Of a DNA stretch of 64,000 bases, positions 22,356 to 31,913 are shown one piece after another. A program made the position numbers and the translations under genes. The notes beneath the pieces were generated by a model. That model made no database searches. It had not been told where the DNA came from and saw only the letters and a program-made list of their open reading frames with translations. The stretch comes from an uncultured Spirochaetota bacterium. GTDB lineage: Bacteria; Spirochaetota; Spirochaetia; SZUA-6; Fen-1364. Position 1 is the first letter of the stretch; the number at the start of each line of letters is the position of its first letter. The DNA lies in contig CAWGAA010000003.1 of NCBI GenBank assembly GCA_963820525.1, positions 224,001-288,000 of the forward strand. The letters are read 5' to 3'.

Positions 22356-24288
22356 AAGGCTTTTGGAGGAGCTTCGATCCTCCCTCTCTCTTCTTCCCGT
22401 CCATCGGTACTTCGGCGGTATAGCCGGATACGAAAAGGACCCGGCATTCGGGGTACCGCTCCGTGAGCTGCTCGGCGAGGAGCGGCCCGCTCATGAGGGG
22501 CATGACGATATCCGTCACGAGTAGATCGATGGGCTCCTGGCCGTGCTCTCCAACCGTCCGCAGGGCATCGATCCCGTTCTCGGCCTCGCTCACGCGATAA
22601 CCCTCTTCCTCGAGCACGCGGACGATCAGCTGCCGCACGAGCGGCTCGTCCTCTACGACGAGCACCCTCTCTCCCCTGCCGGGCGTCCGGAGAGCCGGCT
22701 CGGCGGGATGGTCCGCCTGCGCCTCCAGCTCAAGCGCGGGAAGGTAGACCCGGAACATGGACCCGCTGCCCCGCTCGCTTTCCACTTCGATATGGCCGCC
22801 GCTTTGCGCCACGATTCCGTACACGGTGGACAGGCCCAGGCCCGTCCCTTTGCCCAGCTCCTTGGTCGTAAAGAACGGCTCGAAGATCCGTGAGCGGGTA
22901 TTATCATCCATTCCCGTGCCGGTGTCGCTCACCGAGATGGCGGCGTAGCGTCCCGGATTGACGCCGATGTGCGAGCGGGCGTACCCCTCGTCCAGATCGA
23001 CGTTTCTGGTGGAGATCGCGAGCCTTCCTCCCTCGGCCATCGCGTCGCGGGCGTTCACGGCAAGGTTCAGGATCACCTGGTGAATCTGCCCCGGATCTCC
23101 TTCAACCCGTCCCAGCTCGGGATCCAGATTCGTCGCCAGGGCTATGTCCTCCCCGATGAGCCGACGGAGCATGGCCGTGATCTCGGAGATCACGGCGTTG
23201 ATGTCCACGACGGTCCGTTTGAGCATTTGCTTCCTGCCGAATGCGAGAAGCTGTTGGGTGAGGGAGGCGGCACGTTCCGCCATCTTCTTGATCTGGGAGA
23301 CATCGTCGCGCATGTCGCTGCCCGCCGGCATATTGAGCAGCAGCAGGTCGCTCAGCCCGAGAATCAGGGTCAGAATGTTGTTGAAATCGTGGGCAATCCC
23401 CCCGGCGAGAGTCCCAATCGCCTCCATTTTCTGGGCCTGCCGCAGCTGCTCCTCGAGAAGCATCTTCTCCTCTTCCATTCGTTTGCGCTCGGTGATGTCG
23501 GAGAAGAGGCCGAAGGCGAAGATCCTGCCCGATACCTCGGCAGTCGTGCGCGCGCGATCATGGATCCAGATCCAGCGGCCGTCCTTCCGCCGGATCCTGT
23601 ATTGCTGATCGAAATCCTTTCCCTCGGAGAACAGGAGCCGGTAATTCAGCTTCACCCTCTCCGAATCCTCGGGATGTAGCCGCCCGAACCAGATCTCTTC
23701 GCCCCCCTGATAGACTTCCTCCGCGGTGAATCCGTAGATGCCCTTCACATTGGAGCTGATGAATATCGTCCGCCCTTCCTGGTCGGATGACCAGATGCAG
23801 GTCGGGATGTTCTCGATGATCAGGCGGTATCTCTCTTCGCTTTCCCGCAGTCTCCGCTCGGCATCCTTCAGCTCGGAGATCTCGACGGCGATCCCCCGGA
23901 CCCCCGCGGGCTTGCCTCCCCGGAGGATGGCCTTGCTGTAGATGAGCACGGGATAGGAGCTTCCGTCCTTTCTCACAAAGAGGTACTCATGCCCGCTTCC
24001 CTGCTCTCCCGCCAGAACGCTTTCGATATTCTGACGCGCCCGCGCGCGGTCCTGCGAGGCGACCAGGCTGAGCACGGAGATGCCGCGTTCCATGTCCTCA
24101 TGCGAATAGCCGGTGGAGACGAATCCATGCTGGTTCGAGTAGGTGAGCCTTCCGTTTATGTCCATCTCGAAGACGAGCTGGGGAAGCAGATCCGCGAGCT
24201 CCCTGAAGTGCTCCCGGCTTTCATTGAGCGCGTGGCTGGATTCTTGGGGTGCGATGGGATCGGTTTTTTTCGATAACCTGCGGCTCAT
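22303..24288 (-). CDS. PAS-PAS hybrid sensor histidine kinase/response regulator
   Basis: Two PAS domains, AGGIAHDFNN H-box, NLAVNARDAM, FEPFFTTK, GTGLGL, C-terminal receiver domain. Confidence 0.93.
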   Translation of the reverse strand: MSRRLSKKTDPIAPQESSHALNESREHFRELADLLPQLVFEMDINGRLTYSNQHGFVSTGYSHEDMERGISVLSLVASQDRARARQNIESVLAGEQGSGHEYLFVRKDGSSYPVLIYSKAILRGGKPAGVRGIAVEISELKDAERRLRESEERYRLIIENIPTCIWSSDQEGRTIFISSNVKGIYGFTAEEVYQGGEEIWFGRLHPEDSERVKLNYRLLFSEGKDFDQQYRIRRKDGRWIWIHDRARTTAEVSGRIFAFGLFSDITERKRMEEEKMLLEEQLRQAQKMEAIGTLAGGIAHDFNNILTLILGLSDLLLLNMPAGSDMRDDVSQIKKMAERAASLTQQLLAFGRKQMLKRTVVDINAVISEITAMLRRLIGEDIALATNLDPELGRVEGDPGQIHQVILNLAVNARDAMAEGGRLAISTRNVDLDEGYARSHIGVNPGRYAAISVSDTGTGMDDNTRSRIFEPFFTTKELGKGTGLGLSTVYGIVAQSGGHIEVESERGSGSMFRVYLPALELEAQADHPAEPALRTPGRGERVLVVEDEPLVRQLIVRVLEEEGYRVSEAENGIDALRTVGEHGQEPIDLLVTDIVMPLMSGPLLAEQLTERYPECRVLFVSGYTAEVPMDGKKREGGSKLLQKPFTRESLARTVREVLDIG

Positions 24289-24450
24289 CGGCTTTCAATT
24301 CCGATTCTATCTCCGCACCGCAAGGAATGTAAAGCTTCGCCGCCGGGCCCCGCCCGAGCCTTATCAAGCCATGGGGGAATTGGTACCTTTTTATGGGGCC
24401 TCAGGAATTACACGGCAACGCGCCGGTTGGGCGGACGCGAGGAGGTGAAA

Positions 24451-25665
24451 ATGTCGGTAAGATCCATCATCGAAAACGCCCTGGAGCAGGGCAAGGGCAT
24501 TCTCCGGCTGGCGCCGAACTGGGTGCCGAGGGTCTTCTGCGTGCCAGGCAGGCGGATCAAGCTGCATCCCGACGACTACTATGCCCTGGGCGGAGATCGG
24601 GGCGGAATAGATGAACGCTGGTTCTCTTCCACTACCCCCGCCGACAATGGGCCCAAGACGAGCCCGAACGAGGGCCTTTCCTTCATTATATTCGAGGACG
24701 GAGGCCGCGTTGAGAAGGCGCTTTTGCGCGACGCCGTTTCGGAGCTGAAGGAAAACATCATCGGCCGGCGGATCTGGAGCGCCTGCAAGAGCTGGCCCAT
24801 GTATTCCAAGTTCTTCGACAACAAGGGCGCCCTGCCTCACCACGTGCATCACCGCGACCAGCACGCAAAGCTGCTCGGCCAGTCGGGCAAGCCGGAAGCC
24901 TACTTCTTTCCTACCCAGCTCAATAACTACGGCGGGGACTTTCCCTTCTCGTTCTTCGGCCTCAATCCGGGCACCACGAAAGACCAGGTGAGGGAGTGCC
25001 TGAGAAACTTCGCCGCGGGAGACAACAAGATCACCAATCTCTCCCAGGCCTCCCGCCTGGAGCTCGGCACGGGCTGGGACGTGCCCGCAGGTGTCCTGCA
25101 TGCGCCTGGAAGCCTCTGCACCTACGAGCCGCAGAAGGCCTCCGACGTGTTCTCGATGTTCCAGTCCCTTGCGGGAGACGCGATCATCCCCGAGGAGCTG
25201 TTGTGGAAAAACGTGCCCAAGGAAAGACGGGGCGACATCGACTTCCTCATCGAGATCCTGGACTGGGAAGCCAATGTGGATCCCGATTTCGCGGCCAAGC
25301 ACTTCATGAGGCCCAAGCCGGCCAGGCAGGCCGAGAATACCGAGGCTGAAGGCTGGCGGGAGAACTGGATCGTCTATCGCTCGGCCGTTTTCAGCGCCAA
25401 GGAGCTGACGGTTCTGCCCGGAAAAACCGTGACGGCCAATGACAGCGCCGCCTATGGGATGATCCTGCTCCAGGGTCACGGCAAGATGGGGGTGTGGGAC
25501 ATCGACACGCCGGCCCTTATCCGCTACGGCCAGCTCACCATGGATGAGTTCTTCGTGACCGAGGACGCCGCTCGCGCGGGGGTCGTCATCTCAAACCCCT
25601 CCAGAACCGACCCCATCGTGATATTGAAGCACTTCGGGCCGGAGAACCCGGACCTCACGCTGTAG
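24451..25665 (+). CDS. Conserved cupin-fold protein, mannose-6-phosphate-isomerase-like
   Basis: GGAGG RBS; LPHHVHH, GKPEAYFF, GVLHAPG and YEPQ cupin metal-ligand pattern. Confidence 0.65.
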   Translation: MSVRSIIENALEQGKGILRLAPNWVPRVFCVPGRRIKLHPDDYYALGGDRGGIDERWFSSTTPADNGPKTSPNEGLSFIIFEDGGRVEKALLRDAVSELKENIIGRRIWSACKSWPMYSKFFDNKGALPHHVHHRDQHAKLLGQSGKPEAYFFPTQLNNYGGDFPFSFFGLNPGTTKDQVRECLRNFAAGDNKITNLSQASRLELGTGWDVPAGVLHAPGSLCTYEPQKASDVFSMFQSLAGDAIIPEELLWKNVPKERRGDIDFLIEILDWEANVDPDFAAKHFMRPKPARQAENTEAEGWRENWIVYRSAVFSAKELTVLPGKTVTANDSAAYGMILLQGHGKMGVWDIDTPALIRYGQLTMDEFFVTEDAARAGVVISNPSRTDPIVILKHFGPENPDLTL

Positions 25666-25703
25666 GGCGAAAGTCGCTGGCTCGCGCCCGCGGCGGCAAG
25701 CCC

Positions 25704-26084
25704 TCAGGGCTGCACCAGCCAATCCTTTGCTTCTTCCGGCTTGTCGAACATGGTGAGCTTGGCCCGAGAAACGAAATTGATGATGTTCATCAGGACTTTT
25801 TGGATGCTGGACACGCCGACAACGCACTCCTTTTCCACGATCTGTTTCGCGTTGGTGTAAGCGGCCAGCTTCTTCAGCTCGTCAAGGATTTGCTGATCCG
25901 GAATCGAGTTGGTAACGTCGGAGAGAAACAGCGTCTTGGAATTCAAGCCGTCCGCGATTTCCTTCACTTTCTTGATCGTCTCCATCGCCTGCGTCTTCTG
26001 CTCGGGTATGGATGCGCGAAGGTTCGTATAGTCGATATACAGAATCTGTTTCCCTTTGTGTTCGACCCACCGCACTCTTTCCAT
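25704..26084 (-). CDS. Hypothetical protein (STAS/SEC14-like)
   Basis: HKGKQILYIDY start and FDKPEEAKDWL end; GAGGGG RBS. Confidence 0.65.
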   Translation of the reverse strand: MERVRWVEHKGKQILYIDYTNLRASIPEQKTQAMETIKKVKEIADGLNSKTLFLSDVTNSIPDQQILDELKKLAAYTNAKQIVEKECVVGVSSIQKVLMNIINFVSRAKLTMFDKPEEAKDWLVQP

Positions 26085-26180
26085 GCTGCCCCCCTCAACG
26101 ATTCAATATTGAATAAATATACAATCAGCTATTGTTTTTTTCAATGCGGGAGCATGGCAGAGGGCGGGGCCGCGGTTGGC

Positions 26181-27044
26181 TCACCCCCGCCCTTTGCCCG
26201 CCCTGCCCCTCCGCTTCAGAAAATCCTCGAGCACATCGCCATGATCGAAGGCGAGCGTGAGGTCTCGAATCTCTTCCGGTTCGGCCACGAGGACGTCCGC
26301 CGCGTCGTCACCGGCTCTAGGAGTGCCTTCCGCGCGGGCGCTGAATACGGTAGTGACAGTGTGAAAGCGCGGGTCTCGCAGGGGATTCGAATACGTGTGG
26401 AATTGCTCCAGATCGAGAAGCTCCATGCCCGTTTCCTCGCGCGCTTCTCTTCGCACCGCCTCCTCCAGGCTCTCGCCGTAGTCCACGAACCCGCCGGGGA
26501 GGGCGTACCCGAAGGGGGGACTTGACCGCTTCACGAGCACGATGCCGACGGATTGCGCCCGCTGCACCTCGATGATCGCATCCACCGTAACGAAGGGCCC
26601 CCAGATGAGGACGTCGAGGAAATGCCGGATGTAGCCCGTGGCCGCCTTTTCGAACTCGGCGAAAGCGGGCCCATCGGGATGGCGGAGCCGGATCGAGCGC
26701 AGCGCGGATCCGCCGCTTCGCGCCAGGCGGATGGCCTCCTGCGCCATGATCTTCGCCGAGGCGACGGGCGAAAGTCCGCCGGGCCGGCACCCGAGCGCGG
26801 GAAGCGCAATGGAGGAGAGCTTCAGGGAATCCGCCTCGGAAAGGCAGCGGGCGCAGGCGGCCCGGACCGAACGCTCATCGGGGGCGCCGGTTGAAGCCGC
26901 CGTGGAAACTCGGAAGAGCGCCGGTTTGCCGCGGCCGGCTGGCTCGATGACGAATCCCTCAGCCGTTTCCACGACCACGACTGATACGTGAGCCTCGGCG
27001 GATTCCATCCGCTCCACGCGGATCTCGATACCCTTGATATTCAC
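26181..27044 (-). CDS. NUDIX hydrolase fused to an N-terminal macrodomain-like region
   Basis: Nudix box GGFVDYGESLEEAVRREAREETG and RDPR motif. N-terminal SIALPALGC..GG resembles the macrodomain SIAFPAIGTG motif. Confidence 0.8.
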   Translation of the reverse strand: MNIKGIEIRVERMESAEAHVSVVVVETAEGFVIEPAGRGKPALFRVSTAASTGAPDERSVRAACARCLSEADSLKLSSIALPALGCRPGGLSPVASAKIMAQEAIRLARSGGSALRSIRLRHPDGPAFAEFEKAATGYIRHFLDVLIWGPFVTVDAIIEVQRAQSVGIVLVKRSSPPFGYALPGGFVDYGESLEEAVRREAREETGMELLDLEQFHTYSNPLRDPRFHTVTTVFSARAEGTPRAGDDAADVLVAEPEEIRDLTLAFDHGDVLEDFLKRRGRAGKGRG

Positions 27045-27802
27045 GGTTGGCCTCCATCACGCGCTCCACGCGGAAAGACTATCTCCATCGGCAGGCCCAA
27101 TTCGTCCCGCACAGGTATGCCTGCAAGCGCGACAAGCCCCGCCCGGCGCGACTGGAGCGCGCTTGCCGCGAGCGCCAAAGCGTCTATGATGTCATCCGCC
27201 GCGCAATCCCGCCGGGGATACCGATCCAGCGACTCGCGCAGGATCTTTCCCGGCTCGGCGATGAAGTGCCGCAGGAGCCGTATCCTCTCCTCCCGACCCG
27301 CGAAGGTTTTCTTCCGATGGCGAAGACCCCTGCCCTTCATGGCTCGAAAACAGACCTCGGGATGAGATTCCCGCACGAGCCCCCTGGCTCCGCCGATGCC
27401 GCGAAGAAACCGGTCCAGCTCGCGGATCTTCGCCGTGATCCCGAGGCTCTGGCGGGAGAGCCCCTTGCCCGTCAGGCGTCTCTGGGCGGCGAGTGCCGCC
27501 GCGGGGCTCGAAGCAAACACGGCATCCCTGCAGGGCACGGGAAAGACGCTCGAAGCGCTCGGCCCGCCCCGGGAACCTTTTCCCAGAATGGCCCTGGCAA
27601 GAGAGTCGCAGCGCCTTCCGCCTTTGCCGCCGGGCAGCCCGATCGGCATGTCTATGAGAATGAGCGATGCCCTCCGCCACCGCGACCACAGCTCTCCAAG
27701 AGTGGGAAAGAGCTCCGCTTCCCACGACCGCGGCCCGCAAAGGGCAACGCCAAACCATCCCGCCCTGCATCCGTCAACGCCGCAGAAAAATGGCATCCTC
27801 AC
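27041..27802 (-). CDS. DUF429 family protein
   Basis: GVDGCRAGW, IDMPIGL, ESHPEVCF, DDIIDA. Confidence 0.85.
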   Translation of the reverse strand: MRMPFFCGVDGCRAGWFGVALCGPRSWEAELFPTLGELWSRWRRASLILIDMPIGLPGGKGGRRCDSLARAILGKGSRGGPSASSVFPVPCRDAVFASSPAAALAAQRRLTGKGLSRQSLGITAKIRELDRFLRGIGGARGLVRESHPEVCFRAMKGRGLRHRKKTFAGREERIRLLRHFIAEPGKILRESLDRYPRRDCAADDIIDALALAASALQSRRAGLVALAGIPVRDELGLPMEIVFPRGARDGGQP

Positions 27803-27931
27803 GGGGCAAGTATAGAAGCCGATGGTAATGCGGGCAAGGCGGCGGTTGTCCGGGCCTTTTTCGAGTATGATACAATCCGCCCTATGCTCCCGAATATCCC
27901 TCTGCTCCCGTATATTTGAAGGGAGGCCGGC

Positions 27932-28756
27932 ATGGAAAACGAAATCGTCTTCGAGAACGTTTCATTCCGCTATCCCGAAACCGAGAGAGACGTGTTCAGC
28001 GGCCTCTCGCTCGCCCTCCCCGGAGGCATCGTTTCTCTCATCGGTCAGAACGGAACGGGAAAATCTACTCTCCTGCTCCTCGCCGCGGGAAGCCTTCTGC
28101 CCTCGGAAGGCAAGGTGCTCCTGAAGGGCCTGGACACGCGCGACCTGCGCGACGAAGAGGAGCGGCATCGGCACATCTCTTTCATTTATCAGAACATGGA
28201 GTTTGAAACTGAAGAGCCGATCTCCCGGCTCCTCCAGTTCGTGTACGAGGACGGTTTCCACGCCAGGAAAAGCCCTGAGTTCATCCAGGAGCTTGTCGAG
28301 GTATTCGAGCTCTCGCCCGTCCTGGGCAGGAAGACCCAGGAGGTGAGCAAGGGGGAGCTGCAGCGGACCATCCTCGCCTTCAGCCTTCTGTACGGCTCTC
28401 CCGTGCTCGTGATGGACGAGCCGATTTTCGCCCTGGAGGATTACCAGAAGAAAAGGGCGATGGATTACCTCCAGGGGTACGTGCGGCGGACGGGGGTGAG
28501 CCTGTATTACTCGGTTCACGAGCTTGACATCTCGGAAAAATATTCCGACTACATCCTGCTTTTTTCCCGCGCTGCCGAACCCCGCCTGGGCCCCACCGCG
28601 GAGCTCTTTACGCGGGACACGATCGAAAAGGCCTACGAGGTTCCCTACTTCATGCTGAAGCGCAGGGAAGAGCTGTATCGCAAGTACCTCGTGGAGCTGT
28701 TGAAGACGCGCGGCCGGCGGGGGAAAGAAAACGCGGGAGAGAATTCCGAAGTTTGA
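27932..28756 (+). CDS. ABC transporter ATP-binding protein
   Basis: GQNGTGKST Walker A, VSKGE signature, VMDEP Walker B. Confidence 0.85.
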   Translation: MENEIVFENVSFRYPETERDVFSGLSLALPGGIVSLIGQNGTGKSTLLLLAAGSLLPSEGKVLLKGLDTRDLRDEEERHRHISFIYQNMEFETEEPISRLLQFVYEDGFHARKSPEFIQELVEVFELSPVLGRKTQEVSKGELQRTILAFSLLYGSPVLVMDEPIFALEDYQKKRAMDYLQGYVRRTGVSLYYSVHELDISEKYSDYILLFSRAAEPRLGPTAELFTRDTIEKAYEVPYFMLKRREELYRKYLVELLKTRGRRGKENAGENSEV

Positions 28757-28816
28757 AAGGGCGGCCTGCGGGCAGAGGCGTGGTTCTTCAGCGGGGCTTG
28801 GAGGAGCGAAGCGTTG

Positions 28817-30034
28817 CTAGCGCTTGAAGGCGTGCAGCACCTTCTTCACCCCGGCGATGCACAAATCGATGTGCGATCTCTCCCACGATGGGTGGACAAA
28901 GAGGACCACGGTCCGGGCCCGGAGCCTCTCCGCTGTTTCACAGGGAGTCTTTCCGCCCCACAGCGCGGCGATGTCGTGGAAGGCAGGCTCCTCGTAGGCT
29001 TCCCGCCAGCGGACCGAGGCGCAGGGAATCCCCTCTGCCGCGAGCGCCTGGCGGAAGGTATCAGCCCCACAGGTAAGTTTCTCCGTGTCGAGCTGAACGG
29101 GGTACTGCCAATAGGCGCATTTCCTCGCCTCGTTGGAGAGGGGAAGGGCCCCAATCCCGTAGAGCTGCCCAAGCGCGTGATCGTATGCCTTTGCGTAGCC
29201 GAAGCGGCGGGACAGGTTCCACGAATCCAACCGCGTGAGCTCCGCCATTCCGATGGCGGACTGAATTTCAGTGAGGCGATAGTTGTAGCCCACCCGCCTG
29301 TTGGCGGCCGGCGGCTGCTCGTCTCCGGGCGCGAGGAGGAGCCAGCCCTCCGCGTCGTAGCCTTGATCCCGGATGGAGCGAAGCTCACGGGCAAGCTCGC
29401 CGTCGTTCGTGACGAGCATCCCGCCCTCGCCCCCCGTGGTCAGGTGCTTGTTCTGGGAGAAGCTGAAGCAGCCCACATCTCCCAGCGTTCCCGCCTTCTT
29501 CCCCCTGTATTCCCCGCCGATGCACTGGGCGCAGTCCTCGACCACGGAAAGGCCGCCGGCGCGGGCCACTTGGAGGATCGCTCCCATGTCGCAGACGACC
29601 CCGTAGAGGTGCACCACGATCACGGCGCGGGTCTTCTCCGTGATCAAGCCTTCGAGCCTACGTGGATCGATCGTGTGATCGGCGGATGCGTCACAGAACA
29701 CGGGGACGGCGCCGGTGTGGAGGACGGAAAATGCCGAGGCGATGAAGGAGTGGGACGGGACGATGACCTCGTCACCCGAGCCGATTCCGAGGGCGACCAG
29801 CGCCGCGTGCAGGGCCGCGGTTCCGCTGGAACAGGAAACGGCGTTCGGCGAGCCCAGCCACTCCGCCCACCTCCTCTCGAACTGGCGGCCTTTCGAGCCG
29901 GCCCAGTAGGTGAGCCTGCCCGATCGGAGAGTCTCGATTGCCTCGACGCTGGCCCGCTCGGAGAGCTGGGGCCATGAGGGAAACGGCTCCCGAGTGACGG
30001 GTTCGCCGCCGAAGATCGCCAGCTTATCGGACAT
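28817..30034 (-). CDS. DegT/DnrJ/EryC1/StrS PLP-dependent aminotransferase
   Basis: SSGTAALH, VEDCAQ, SFSQNKHLTTGGEGG, GYNYRL. Confidence 0.9.
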   Translation of the reverse strand: MSDKLAIFGGEPVTREPFPSWPQLSERASVEAIETLRSGRLTYWAGSKGRQFERRWAEWLGSPNAVSCSSGTAALHAALVALGIGSGDEVIVPSHSFIASAFSVLHTGAVPVFCDASADHTIDPRRLEGLITEKTRAVIVVHLYGVVCDMGAILQVARAGGLSVVEDCAQCIGGEYRGKKAGTLGDVGCFSFSQNKHLTTGGEGGMLVTNDGELARELRSIRDQGYDAEGWLLLAPGDEQPPAANRRVGYNYRLTEIQSAIGMAELTRLDSWNLSRRFGYAKAYDHALGQLYGIGALPLSNEARKCAYWQYPVQLDTEKLTCGADTFRQALAAEGIPCASVRWREAYEEPAFHDIAALWGGKTPCETAERLRARTVVLFVHPSWERSHIDLCIAGVKKVLHAFKR

Positions 30035-30082
30035 GACGAGCGGATCCCGACCCATACTATCATGATCTCGCCGACCGTCAAC

Positions 30083-30186
30083 TCTGCGGCGGCTTGATGG
30101 CGCGAAGCGCCCCCGAACGCCGCATCTGCGGCGGCTTGACGGCGCGAAGCGCCCCCGAACGCCGCATCTGCGGCGGCTTGACGGCG
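30083..30186. repeat. Intergenic 42-bp tandem repeat (~2.5 copies), REP-like
   Basis: Unit TCTGCGGCGGCTTGAYGGCGCGAAGCGCCCCCGAACGCCGCA; unit junctions form the hairpin GCCGCATCTGCGGC. Confidence 0.85.
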
Positions 30187-30257
30187 GGCATCAGGCGCAG
30201 CCCGCCCGGCGCAGGGCGCCACGAGTCTTCCCGTTTTTTCTGCGGCCTCCTTGACCC

Positions 30258-30695
30258 ATGGGATGCCTCACGCTACATTTGTTTCCTTACGGAGTCCCTG
30301 TGCATCATACCGTTGTTTCCAGCGCCCTGTTGCTCTACCTGCTCGCCCCCATGGTCGTGGTCTGGGTGTACCACCTTGCCCAGAGGAGATATGCGGAGGC
30401 CGGGGAGAAGAAGCGAACGGCGAGTCTCCTGTTCGCTCTGGTCTTCGTCGGGCTCTGGGTTGCCTCGTATGCCCTTCGGCAATTCAATGCCGACGACGTT
30501 TTTCTCATCCCTGTGTTCTTTCTCGCTTTTACCGTCATATCCTGGAGGCGGAAGGATTTCTTTCCCTTTCGATTTTCCTGCGCGCGGTGCGGGAAACCCT
30601 TGAGCCTTCAAAAAATCCTCTTCTACGACTCTAACGCATGCGACGCATGCGACCCACCGGCACGAAAATCGATACAAGGAGGCGGAATGCCATGA
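30258..30695 (+). CDS. Small membrane protein with C-terminal CxxC..CxxC motif
   Basis: Three hydrophobic segments, CARCG and CDACD; stop overlaps next start (ATGA). Start codon uncertain. Confidence 0.55.
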   Translation: MGCLTLHLFPYGVPVHHTVVSSALLLYLLAPMVVVWVYHLAQRRYAEAGEKKRTASLLFALVFVGLWVASYALRQFNADDVFLIPVFFLAFTVISWRRKDFFPFRFSCARCGKPLSLQKILFYDSNACDACDPPARKSIQGGGMP

Positions 30696-31897
30696 GGAAC
30701 AGGAAACTCTCCATGCCGTTCTGGTGCGTAGGCAATCCGGTCGGCGACCCGTTCGGACCGGCCGTGATGGACAGGATATCGAGCCTCGAAGTGTGCGACC
30801 TGTTGTGCAAAGCGCACCAGGAGAAGCTCATCGACTTCACGGCGGCCCATGACGACGATCTGGTGCCCTGGGATCCCAAGCACCTCGAGGACGACCTCGA
30901 TCCTTCAAGCCCCGCGTCGCAGACCCTCAAGAGCCTGAAGGAAAAGCTCGACGCGGTGGAGCTGAAGTTCGTCAACATGACCACCAACCTGCATTCCAAC
31001 CCCGTATTCCGAAACGGCGGGCTCACAAACCCCAACCCCGAGGTGCGGCTGCTCGCCGCGCGCAAGGTGATGCGATCCATCCGCATCGGCAACTTCTTGG
31101 GAGCCGAGTACCTCACCTATTGGGTTGCGCGCGACGGCTTCGAATGCCAGTTCGCCGTGCCCTGGGACAGGTCGTACCGCTATCTGATGGAGGGGCTGAA
31201 TCTGGCCGAAAAGTACGCCAAGGAGCAGAACGGCACCATCCGGCGAGGATCCATCGAGCCCAAGCCGAACGAGCCTCGCGGGGAGATGTTCCTGCCCACC
31301 ACGGGGCATGCCCTGGGGATGATCGCCATGCTGAGCGATCCCTCTTTCTGGGGCGTGAACCCCGAGATCCTCCAGCATGAAGGCATGACCAACTTGAGCG
31401 CAACCGTCGCCGTTGCAATTGCCATGAGCGCCGGGAAGCTCTTCTTCCTCCATCTGGGAAACCAGAAGCCGGGTCAGTTCGACAACGACCTGCCGACTCT
31501 CGTCGGCATGGACGGAGTGAAGGAGATCGTATCGGTGATCTGGCTGCTGGACAGGATGGGGTGGCAGGGACACGTGGAGTTCGACAACCACATCCTGCGC
31601 ACCGACACGGCTCCGGGCAAGGAGAACAGCGTTCGAATCCGCATGGACTTCATCCGGCAGAACGTGGAGAACTACAAGATGGCAGAGAAGAAGGCGAAGG
31701 AGATCGGCGCCGATGCGGACCTGTCCAAGCTCATGGCCGCGCTGTGGGACAGGGAGCCGGCGCTGGCCAAGCTCCTCTCCCAGGCGGAGTCCTCGGCCAT
31801 CCTGAAGGCGCCCATTGATTACGACAAGATCAACGCGACGGCCCTCCAGGTGGCGCGTCTGGACGCGCAGGTGACCAAGAAGCTGCTGGGCGGCTGA
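30692..31897 (+). CDS. Xylose isomerase-like TIM-barrel sugar isomerase
   Basis: GDPFG, HDDDL, TTNL, EPKPNEPRG, GVNPE; AGGAGG RBS. Confidence 0.85.
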   Translation: MRNRKLSMPFWCVGNPVGDPFGPAVMDRISSLEVCDLLCKAHQEKLIDFTAAHDDDLVPWDPKHLEDDLDPSSPASQTLKSLKEKLDAVELKFVNMTTNLHSNPVFRNGGLTNPNPEVRLLAARKVMRSIRIGNFLGAEYLTYWVARDGFECQFAVPWDRSYRYLMEGLNLAEKYAKEQNGTIRRGSIEPKPNEPRGEMFLPTTGHALGMIAMLSDPSFWGVNPEILQHEGMTNLSATVAVAIAMSAGKLFFLHLGNQKPGQFDNDLPTLVGMDGVKEIVSVIWLLDRMGWQGHVEFDNHILRTDTAPGKENSVRIRMDFIRQNVENYKMAEKKAKEIGADADLSKLMAALWDREPALAKLLSQAESSAILKAPIDYDKINATALQVARLDAQVTKKLLGG

Positions 31898-31913
31898 CGG
31901 GCGCCTTCGCTTC

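Noticed and set aside
30083..30186. Possible mini CRISPR array
   Set aside because: The units are contiguous and near-identical with no unique spacers.
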